In this document: piece after piece, positions 1 through 10,737 of the stretch
Layout: each line of letters starts with the position of its first letter
Position numbering within the stretch: position 1 is the first letter of the stretch
Source: Torpedo marmorata
Taxonomy: Eukaryota
Length of the DNA stretch: 64,000 nucleotides
Reading direction: 5' to 3'
Assembly: GCA_977017645.1 (NCBI GenBank)
Contig: OZ360222.1
Location: forward strand, 93,558,001-93,622,000
Made by a program: the position numbers and the translations under genes
The notes under the pieces: generated by a model
Told to the model about the DNA's origin: nothing
Seen by the model: only the letters and a program-made list of their open reading frames with translations
Database searches by the model: none

Positions 1-1854
1 CAAATCACAAGTATATTTAAAATAATTTTATATTATCAATTGAATATCAGAAAAGTCAAATTGTTCATCCGCCATTCATTAGATTTGCTCCAGAAACATT
101 TTTTACATTAATTCTTTTTGCTCTAATACATTTTTGTCTCAATATAGTTATCTTCCTTCCATACTTACACCAATTATTAATTAAGCAAAATTATATTTGT
201 TTTGCAAAATCTGAATATTCTGTTTGTGGATTACATACTTTCTCTTTAATACTTCTTTAAGGAAGTGAGTAAATGAACTCTCAGCATATTGCGGGCATGC
301 ATTGGGTAAGATTAGGGATCAGGCTGGTTTGGGGGGGAGTAACGGAAAATGATAGCAATGAAGAGGGAGGGAGGAGTGAAAGCTTCATTGGACCACACTG
401 AGGCAGAGAGAGTTGTATACGATGAATGGCCAGGAAGAATTTTGTTCCAGATGAGAAAATTTTTGCAATGCTTTTGGCAATGAAAACAAATTGAATTGGT
501 CCTGGAAACTTTGCAAGGGAATTCTGCAGGTAAATAAGGTCTTTGAACTGGGAGAAAGTAACACAGCTTGGATAGAGAATATGTAGACCTTACGATTTGA
601 TAATTCCGTTTTAAAATTTTTTTTAGTCTGGTTGCTTAGTCACACCTTCTTTAGCATCCATGTATAACCAAACTCAAGCAAAAATCTTGCAGATCTGTAG
701 CCAGTCAGACTTGCAGGTATACAGCAGCTTTAATTTGTTCATCACATCCCAAATCAATTTGCATCCAATCAACTACTTTTTGAAGAGCATTTAGAGTTAT
801 AATGTAAGAAATACTGCAGATAAATTGTGTAATGCTATCATGTACAAACTAAAAATTATATATTTCACTTTGTATTCATCTATGGAGAGCCATAGCTTTG
901 GTTGATTCTGACACCACACCAGGTCCGGCCAATGTTCATTTTAGGAGGATCTTTGTTCTTTGATCTTTGTTGATTATTATTTTCCTAGACTAGATCTGTT
1001 AAAGTCTTTCCTTTCACTGTCTGGGAGATAGTGCTTATCTTGCTTGACCTGTGTTTTGTGGAACTACTTGGAGAAGATAAATTCACACAGTTTGATTTTT
1101 ATACGAGCTACAGAAAAGAACTGCAAGTGCAACAGATACATCATGAGAGCAGAACACAAGATTTTCTGAACTAAATGGGCATAAATTATAGATTTAAAAG
1201 TAGTGTGGACAAAATATTTATTCCAACATAAACAAGTAAAGCTCTATGCATGCAGAGTGTTATCTGAATACAGTGTGTTACACTGAAGTATTCTGCTATT
1301 CCCATTGGTAAAACTGCAGTATGCCATGTCAACGCAGCCACTATTTGCAAATTAGAAGCCAAACCAGCAACCCAGAAATAAATAAGGCTCTTATTTGCAC
1401 CAAGATAGTCAGCTCTTTTCCCCATTCTGCATAGCTCTTTCTTATTTAATTCTACCTGTACGCAGCATCACCCAAACACGTAGTCTCCACAACCTAGAAG
1501 ACTATGGGCTTTCGATGCATGGGAACATTGCCTTCTTTAGGTTTCATTCCAAATCACATATCCTCTTGACCCATGAATTTATCATTGTTCCCTGTTCATT
1601 ACTGGATGTAAATCGTGGAACTCCATGTCTAAAAACATAGCGGGAATACATTCTCCATAATAACTAAATGCAAGCTTTTCTGGTGATACCCAAGTCTTGA
1701 AAAATACATTCAAAAAACTTCAATAAATTCTGAAACTGCTTCAATTGCTTCATTTTCTTATGATCTTAATTACAATGACACCCGGTGGTACATGTAAAAT
1801 GACTGACAAGTATTAAAAGCTAATGTTGATGAATACAATGATCATTGAGTGATA

Positions 1855-2545
1855 CATGAAAGTCTGCAGATGCTGTGTGTAGTAAAAGCACAGAAATGCT
1901 GGAGGAACTGAGCAGGTCTCGCAGCGCCCACAGGAGGTAAAAATATATAACCGATATTTCAGGTTTGAGCCCTTCCCAAGGTATGAGTAAAAAGCAGGCA
2001 GGCACCTGACTTAAAAGAAAGGGCAGGGAGAACAGACAAAGGGTGTTAATTGGATATGGATACGAGGTCAGAGGAAGGTTGAGAATTGATTGGAGGGGGT
2101 TTGGCTCTGTGAATGTAGAGCTCAGGAAAGGGAGACAGAGGGAAAAGGGGGGGGGGGTAGAGAGAGAGAGAGAGAGAGAGGAGAGATGTAGGAATAGTGG
2201 GGCTAATGGAAAGCGGAGGTCGATGTTAATGCCATCCGGTTGGAGGGTGTCCAGATGGAATATGTGGTGTTATATCTCCAATTTGCAGAAGGTCTCGGTC
2301 TGGCAGTGCATAAGACCATGGACAAATATGTCAGCAAGGAAATGGAGCTGGGAATTGAAATGGGTGGCCTCTGGGAGATCCCCGCTATTGCGGCGGACAG
2401 AGCCAAGGTGCTCAACGAAGTGATCTCCCAGTCTGTGTCCAGTCTCTCTGATGTAGAGGACACCACAATGGGAGCACCGGATGCAGTAGATATCCCCTGC
2501 AGATTCACAAGTGAAGTGTTGCTTCACTTGGAAGTAATGATCATT
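1855..2545 (-). mobile_element. Penelope-like element 3' remnant (GIY-YIG endonuclease fragment plus terminal repeat)
   Basis: ORF 2270..2575(-) FTCESAGDIYCIRCSHCGVLYIRETGHRLGDHFVEH...HFNS resembles the PLE GIY-YIG domain. After a stop it continues QHHIFHLDTLQPDGINID. Terminal segment 1860-1985 recurs at 10630-10737 and 47345-47425. Confidence 0.85.
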
Positions 2546-2924
2546 TAAGCATTCTACCCAGATTTTTTTTTCCATCTGTGGTCAATGTATTCTGTTATTC
2601 CTGTTGGTAAACTCACCACAAGCTGCCAGACAGCATTTTAGATTATTCATTACTGATGCTGAAAATTGACATCCTGTCATGACTTGTTATGCTTGACAGG
2701 GATTGGTAAACAACAATGCATTATCACTTTCTTTACAATTTTAAGAAAATAAATTTCCACCAACCTGCTTTATTATATGACCAGTTAACAAGTTAGAATC
2801 AAAGTTAACAAATGACATAATTTAGATGGTAATTCCTCACATATGGAGCTGATTTGTATTTTAACAAAATAGAATCTTCTTGCTTGGGCATTTTTCTTTT
2901 GTAAAGGGCTCTTTGCATTTTATA

Positions 2925-3130
2925 GTCAGAGTTACGCAACAGAGAACAGGTCCTTTGGCCCAACTCATTAATGCTAACCAAGCTGGCACTCTGGGCTAGT
3001 CCCATTTGCTTCCATTTGGTCCATATCCTTCTAAGCCCTCCCTGTCCATAAATATGTCCAAATGTCTTTTGAACATTGTGTGTTTGCTTCTTGAGTTTCC
3101 TCTGGTAGTTCATTCCAGATACAACACTTG
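2925..3130 (-). mobile_element. CR1 LINE 3' end fragment
   Basis: Similar to the CR1 3' ends at 37615-37807 and 36950-37110 (acaggtcctttggcccaac, cccatttg motifs). Confidence 0.6.
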
Positions 3131-4877
3131 TCACTTTAATGCGAGTTAATTGAGGCCTTTTATCAGCAGTTCACTTTTTTACATTTTTTTTTCTAAAAAC
3201 TAATGTTGCTCCATCCAAATATCTAAAATACTGAAAAGGATTCCCGCAAGTGGAATATTAGTGGCAGAGCTTCATGAATCATACCATCAGCATTCAGAAT
3301 ATGGCAGAAGTGGAATGAGTATCGAATGGCAACAAAAATCACTTTGATGAGCATTTTCACAGATCAAACCATTGGGTTTCAGAGGAGCATTGTTAAGTTG
3401 ATATTCTATGAAGGCCTTTAATCTCATCTTGCTTATTGAAGCACTGTGCAGAATTACAGTTGAAAGGTTTTAAGTATCTTCCAGTTCAGAAAATGATTTC
3501 ATAAATGAAATGCAACAGAGATAAACTTTTAAACATATGCTAGTAACCCAATGACAAAAGATTTATCTTGTGTGTTTTACACCGGCCAACTAACTTTGAT
3601 GCTCTCCACATGGAGCAGACACAGAAAAGGTTCATTCCTTTAACCATTTCAAAGGTCATTTGGAAGTTATTGCAAGGTACAGAGAATAAAAATCCAATTT
3701 ATATATCTAATATTTTTTTTCAAGGAGATGTTTTTATGAGGTGCAGATGGAATTGAAAAAAAAAACTGGTGAATCTGTTGGATATCTAATATCCATGAAT
3801 ATATTTCAGCCAATGCAATGCAGGGTAAATTCAAAATATTACTTAGATCCCAATGTAATATCTAAGAAAAAAAATTACTGTAGTGTAGGAGTGCTTGGTA
3901 TATTACCTTAAAAAGGGAACTCTAATTTTATTGCAAATAGATTCAATTTGACAAAGGCAAGTTTCTTTGGAACAACACATTTTACAAAATAATTATTTGT
4001 GCCTCTTCCATGAAAAGATGTAAATTGATAATTAGATCTGCTGCTGCACACTATAAGGGAATTCTTTTTCCTTTTATATTCATGTTGTAATCAATAACAT
4101 GCAGGGAAAACACTATATTGATAAATAATGTACTTACTATTCGCAGTTTAATTTATTTCACCTGGAAAGTTTTTATTCATAAACAACATTCAGCATTAAT
4201 TAAACAAACCATCTCCCTCAAGTTAATTTATCAACCAGAAGATGAAAAGCAAATCAAAAGTTAGTTCCTTATCACCTTCTCCAACTCAGTCATCAGCTTC
4301 TGATCATTCTAATATTTTCCTGCTGGTCTCTCAACCTCCATCTTTTATAAACCAATCACCAAATTTTCTCCAACAACATCTTTAATTTTAAACCTTCATT
4401 CAGTGCAACAGCCTCCCACTAGTTTTAAGAGTTCCTCAATTTGTACATGCAACAACATTTCACTGCAACTCTTTGCACTGCTGTTGGTTGCTCAACCTTT
4501 CAAATCTCAAGATAACACGCATTGCAATTCCAGCCTTTGTACCTCAAGTTCCCAAACTTTCTGCCTTCTTCAATTCCATCTTTGAAATTCATTATCTTTG
4601 ACTGAGCATCTCCAAGAATTTTGAAATAATACCTTCTTCTTAAAAAGTCCTAAGTTGCTTTAACATGGCAATTTTTTCAACATTATTGTATATCTGGATT
4701 CCTCAATGATGATAGCATGACATCGTAACACATTGTCATCACTTACAGTGGTGAATCTACCAGGTTGGACATAGCACAAAGACAGTATCCCTGTACATTG
4801 CTAAACAAAGGGGATGGCTGCATGAAGCTGGCTCATTAGAAAGCACTATTTACATATTTTTTACCTTTAAGTGAATA

Positions 4878-5217
4878 CAGGTTGAGTACCCCTTATCTGA
4901 ATACCCGAATCCGAAATGATCCAAAATCCGAAATTTTTTCGTCCGTGGTCCCACAAGGTAATACATAATAGAGTTCAGAAATCCCGATCGGAAAACGGGA
5001 TGTAGCGGACGTAAGTAGTGCATTATTGAGTGTAGATTTTTCAATATACTGTATGTCTACTTCAGTTACCGGTAATTTGTGCATATGTAAATATTTGTAT
5101 TGTAATGTGAATGCATGTATCTTTAGGTCTGAGTGAATGAGTGCATTTTTTAAATGGTGCTCCAAAATCTGAAACACTTCTGGTCCCATGCATTTCGGAT
5201 AAGGGGTACTCGACCTG
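4878..5217. mobile_element. Tigger/pogo-type MITE
   Basis: TIRs CAGGTTGAGTACCCCTTATC / GATAAGGGGTACTCGACCTG with TA on both sides. No ORF. Confidence 0.9.
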
Positions 5218-5403
5218 TATTAACATTTCAATAGTTTTCCCAAAGGTCAACAGATTAGAATAGTTTTTCAATGTTTCTGTAATGTCAAAAACATACAAAA
5301 TATCTGAAAGCTTGATGGCTGATGAAGCCAGGGCATATGATTTAGACAGTTGTCAAAGATTTATCCAACTGTTTTGCAGCTGTGGCATGTTCAAGCCTAC
5401 ACA

Positions 5404-7195
5404 CGTTATATGTGGAGGAACACGTGGCTTCACTGTCTGGAACATTGTTGATTGCGCTGGGTCATGTGACCTCCTTGTCTGAAACTTATTCGGAAGTCGC
5501 ATCACCTGCCAATCAAGGTTGGACTCCGGCCACCCATTAGTGTACATCTTACCGTTGGCTCCTTTAAATGACTCAGTGTCATCACTGGCCAGACGCCCAG
5601 CTCAGAACAGAATAAAACATCGATGCCGGCCTGTCCCCTGCCTCGCCACGGGATAGCATGGCGACGGGCATCTGGGCTCTGTGCCGAGGGAGCGACCAAA
5701 TGTGAAGCCAAGGCGCGGGATGCGCTAGCCAAGAGAGGGCTTTGGCACCTTATGGATGACCTTGCACTGCCTGCTCGCAGACGTAGGTGGTAAAGGTGCA
5801 CACATATGCCAGCTAAGATGGAGAATCCAGGCATGCGAGTCAGTGAACAGACAATTTTCTTTCTCTTTTTCCCCTCTCACACTGGGGAGCAGTTCCCACA
5901 GCTCCATCGGGAACACAACGACCCTGTTTGATCGGGGGGGGAGGGGGGGTGAGCTGGTGAGGCGTTGTCATTGAGTTTGATAATGTGCCTTGTCCATCAT
6001 ATGGAAGGCACTTGTGTATATATCGATCTACTTTATTTGCATCGTTTTAATCATAGAGTACATTGTTTTTACAGTTATAACATGTTACAGATCTTATGTG
6101 TTTTTAGTGATTGGCGAGTTATGTGACTTCCAAGGGGTGGAATGTTATATGTGGATTGTGGAGAAACATGTGGCCTCCCTGGCTGGAAAATTGTGGATTG
6201 TGGAGAGTCACGTGACCTCCCTGTCTGACACTTATTCGGAAGTCGCATCATCTGCCTAGCAAGGTTGGCCTCCAGCCACCCATTAGTGCACACCTTACTG
6301 TTGGCTCATTTAAATGACTCAGTGTCATCATTGGCCAGACGCCCAGCCAGCGTTGGCGCCAAGGGGGGGCATTCGTGGGCATTGCCCCCCCAAGTGAGGT
6401 GCTGTGCCCCCCCATTGCTTCCCGACAGACCCGCCCCCGACCACATCACTAGCATGCGTCAAGCATCACTAGCGTCTTAGCTTGACGCACGCTAGTGACT
6501 CTCCACCTGACCGCATCACCGGCGTGCGTCAAGCGTGACTCTCAACGGAATAAAAGCAATGATTTTGGCTGCTACCATTGGAGGAAATGGAGGTTTCTGT
6601 CTGTCCGGTAGGCAGCTAGTAGCACCCCCCCCCCCCCCGTTGAGCGAGTTTACGACTGTCGGACTGTGCCCCCCCCCCCCCGGTTACCCTAATGCTCCCC
6701 TCTAACATTCGTTCTGGCGCCGACCCTGTGCCCACATCAGAACAGTATAAAACATCGATGCATACCACATTTCTCTCTCTCTGCCTCTTCGACCACGTCC
6801 CGAACATCGCTCCACGCCAGGTCGCTACTGTGGACATTGCTGGAGGAGTCGTAGGTAAGGTGTGCACTACACTTAAGTTGAGACATAGTACTGCGATAGA
6901 TCAGTGCTTGCAGAGAGCTGCACCCCCACTTGTACAGGGAATCGGGAGTGTGTTTGAAAGTCCCTGTCTGTGAAGTGTGTACATGTGCGGGAGCATGTAG
7001 AAGATAGGCGGCCACTGGTATCGACTCAAACCTGGGTCCGATGTGAATGTCTATATAGTTGTAATTAAGTATCGTTTGACGTCTTCCCCTGTTTGTCTCC
7101 CGTGTGTTCATTAAAGTTACCTGTGATTGTAACACTTGTGTCCAGACTCATCTCTCTGTGAACCCTCCGAACCTGATACTTTCCCAAACACAACA
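5404..7195 (+). mobile_element. Internally deleted LTR retroelement (truncated 5' LTR 5404-5626, internal remnant, PPT 6132-6142, 3' LTR 6143-~7195)
   Basis: 5404-5626 is a direct repeat of 6143-6761 once the hAT insert is removed. Purine tract AAGGGGTGGAA precedes TGTT, and the element ends ...ACACAACA. Imperfect TSD ACACA/CCACA. Related solo LTR at 61822. Confidence 0.75.
6348..6728. mobile_element. hAT-type non-autonomous element inserted in the 3' LTR
   Basis: TIRs CAGCGTTGGCGCCA / TGGCGCCGACCCTG. Degenerate 8-bp TSD cgcccagc/tgcccaca. Absent from the 5' LTR copy. Homologous to 36341-36674. Confidence 0.8.
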
Positions 7196-7551
7196 CCACA
7201 TTATGCCATTTGTGGTGCAATTGATGGTGCCAGTTCTCTGCGACTTCACACTGGAGAACTGCAAAGGTAAGTGTGAAATTTCTTCAAGGTTAGTAGCTCC
7301 CACAGGCATCTCACTTTTCTTCACAAATTTTGTACCAATGCATACTACAGTATTGATTACTCAGCGACTGAATTCTTATCTGTACCTGGTTATCTAGTGA
7401 AATTTAGACAGGAATTTTAGAAATCTACATTACCAGAAAAAACATTATCTGGTGTTGAAGAATAAATGAACACAAAGTGATATCTAGTTTTGTTCTAATT
7501 TCAATGTGCATGACTATGATTAAGATCAATGGTGGGATTAGAATTTTCATG

Positions 7552-7885
7552 ATCAGAATCAGAATCAGAATTTATTGTCATGAACAAGTCATGAAATTCG
7601 GTGTTTTGCGGCAGCACCATAGTGCAAACATTCATATTATAACCATCTTACGACATTACTATAAAAAAATATATAAATATATAAATAATAGTGCACGAAA
7701 AGTAAGGCAGTGTTATTGATCATTCAGGAATCTGATGGCACCGGGGAAGAAGCTGTCCTTGTGCCGTTGAGTGCTCGTCTTTAGGCTCCTGTACCTTTTT
7801 CCCGATGGTAGCAGAGTGAAGAGGGCATAGCCTGGGTGGTGGGGGTCTTTGAGGATAGAGGCTGCTTTTTTAAGACACCACTTTC
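7552..7885 (-). mobile_element. Rex1/Babar-type LINE 3' fragment with (ATTCTG)n tail
   Basis: Reverse strand encodes a HPGYALFTLLPSGKRYRS-like C-terminus, then AATAAA and a tandem tail. TTCATGAT flanks both sides. The same tail occurs at 14995-15068. Confidence 0.75.
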
Positions 7886-8199
7886 AATTCATGATGCTGT
7901 GTTTTGTGTGTATACATTTCAGTTTCATCCAACTGCCTAAGATCTGAGCTGTGCAGGATTAAAATTTGTTTTGTCCGTGAAAATGTCTTGTGGCAACTAT
8001 TTCAGATAACAACATTTCTGGCAGTCCTAATGCAGAGTTATGACCCAAAACACCAACAATTCAATTTACGCCTAGAGATTCTGCCAAACCATTGAGTTTG
8101 TCTTTTGTTCCAGATTCCAGTATCTGCATTCTCTTGCATCTCAATATTTCTAATGTTCACATTACACATCACGTCAATTACTTGGGGAAAAAAGCAGAT

Positions 8200-8750
8200 A
8201 GTTGGAGAATTGTATGCAGTTTTGGTCGCTACATTACAGGAAGGGTGTGGAGGTTTTGGAGAGGATGCAAAAAAAGGTTCACCAGGTTATTACCTGGATT
8301 AGAGAGGTTTAGTGTGAAGGAGAGATTGGACAAATTGCATTGTTTTCTCTGGAGCATCGGAATCCTAAAAGAAATGCATTTGGGTGATCTGAAAGAAGTG
8401 TATAAAATTATGAGAGGCATTGATAGGGGAGATGGTCAGAGTATTTTTCCTCAGGGTGGAAATGTCAAATATTGGAGGGTGTAGGTTTTAGGTGTGAGGA
8501 GAAAAGTTCAACGGAGATGTGTGGGACATCTTTTTTTAATAAAGAGAGTGGTAAGTGCCTGGAATGTGCCATCAGGGTAGGTGATGTAACAACAACATTT
8601 ATGAAGCATTTAGACAAGCACATGGATAGGCAGGGAATGCAGAGATGTGGACTATGTGCAGATAGACAGAATTAGTTTTAACTGTCGTCATGGTAACATA
8701 GATATCATGGGCTGGAGCTTCTGTCCCTGTGCTGTCCTGTTCTATGTTTT
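8200..8750 (+). mobile_element. CR1 LINE ORF2 C-terminus and 3' UTR, degenerate
   Basis: ORF 8092..8484 includes KRFTRLLPGLERFSVKERLDKL...GDLKEVYKIMRGIDR. Ends in gtgctgtcctgttctatgtt. Confidence 0.85.
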
Positions 8751-10629
8751 ATATTATAATAGCTTCACGTGAATTATAATGACAGGAGATTTTCTATTCT
8801 ATGATATCTTATTTTTCAGCAATTAAAAGTTTCAATTAACACTCCATCCAAGGTAGTTCTTCTTTTCTGTTCCCATTTCATTCAATAGCTTTTTAATCTG
8901 AAATGTCAAAACCATAACATGATGTTGTATAATATATGTATTGATTATTATAAAGGCCTGAAATTGATGCGGACACGGAAAAAATTAAATTTGTATAATA
9001 CCAGATCTTTACTTTTACGGCATAAACTGATTTGTGCTGCGTAAATCACACCCTGTGTAACATTTCATTTCTGATAACATGTACTTCAAAAATCACATTT
9101 TCCATGTTCTTGGAACAGTTAGAATGCAGAAAAACTCGATGGTTTTAATTTCCTCTCAGATTTGAGTGTCTAAGCTAAATACGTGATGTGGCAGCCCTGT
9201 CTTTTTTTCTCTTTAAACCCTTTGATGTAACCTGAATAATGAGGATGGAATGCCAAGGTCGTATTTATAAGGATAAGCCAATCAACTCAGGATTGTTGTC
9301 TATTTATAGAGGACAGCTATTCATCAAAGATCCTCTCAAATCAAAGACTGAACTAATTATTGTTATGCTACTTCCACCTTCTTCAACTCTGCCAAAAAAT
9401 CTTGAGACTAAAGCTATCAACCGAAATAGCTAAATTATTTTCAAGCACTTTCTAAAAAACAAACCATTTGACATGTTTGTCACAGATGAAAAGACCCATA
9501 CACATAGGAATAAATTGAAATCTTAAACCATTTAAAGGTTCTTGGTACCAAAATAATGATAAGGATGAATAAGCTCACAGGATATTAGCTTGCTGTAAAA
9601 CAGCACTCTAAAATGTGTTTTTTTATACAAAGGAAAATATGAAATAAGCATTAAACTCCAAAATTCTCAAACTGCAATTTAAAAATAACAAAAGATGCAA
9701 TTAAAACTTTCCACATTTCAAAATTATTCATATGGAACTAAATAAACAGACCAAATTATTTGCAATGATCAGCTTTCAAGTTCAGGGGAAGATTCAAAGA
9801 AGGTTTCGGGTGAAATTCTGTTTGTTCAATTCCACTGTTCAAGTTTATACTGAAAGTATTTGCATGATCTCAAATACCACAGAACTTGCCATAGTTTTAT
9901 TAATTTTAATTAAATATTTTAAATCAGGGTAAACTAAATCTAAAATCATTGAAACTGCCTTTTAAAAAGTTACTACTTTCATTGGAGTGTACTCATCATT
10001 TCTTTGTGAAGTAATATGTAAAATATTTGAACCATGCCTATAGCTTAAGAGTAGTAATGTGATTTGAGGACTTGCCTTCAATTAGCAAAAACCCTCATCC
10101 CCATTTTCACAATTGGCTATGTACTAGTTTTAAGGGTATGGCCAGCTTTAAGCAAAATTATTTTAAATGAATGATGAAGATTACAGGATTTGCACCTTAC
10201 ATAACGAGCTGACCTTTCCGCAGTCAGTTGTGCTGATTTAGCCATTTTGATTCAGGTTATGCAGATGATACTAGTGGGTATTCTAGAGCCAGGTGTTTTG
10301 CAGAGGCACAAGCAATTAGAGAACAGGAAAACAGTCCTCAGAATGCTCACATGAATTGTTCCATGGAGAGAAACCAAAGTAAAATCAAACAACATTAGTT
10401 TCCCATGATAGCAGTACAAGGGAGTTAATGCTGCCCAAGTGAGGCAAGCTGCAGACAGACACAAATATATGCAATTAAATAGCACAAGAATAACTTGGGT
10501 GATACAAAGTTCTGTTGGATCATTAATCACAATACTAGTTTTGCAAGCATTCGAGTACAATTCCACAACATCATTAATGACTTCTATCAATTTGACCTGA
10601 ACAAACAAATTTATAATGAGGTTCAAAGA

Positions 10630-10737
10630 AAAAACACAATGCTGGAGAAACTCAGCAGGTCAAACAGTGTACTTTATATAGCAAAGATAAAAATACATAA
10701 CCGACGTTTCGGGCCTGAGCCCTTCATCAAGCTATGG
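10630..10737 (-). ncRNA. Penelope terminal-repeat fragment containing a minimal hammerhead-ribozyme-like motif (10695-10737)
   Basis: Minus strand reads CCAUAGC UUGAUGA A GGGC UCAG GCCC GAAA CGUC GGUUAUG: core boxes, stem II hairpin, palindromic ACGU and a plausible stem I. Confidence 0.6.

Noticed and set aside
2145-2186. G-run and (GA)n tract
   Set aside because: Ordinary microsatellite within the Penelope remnant.
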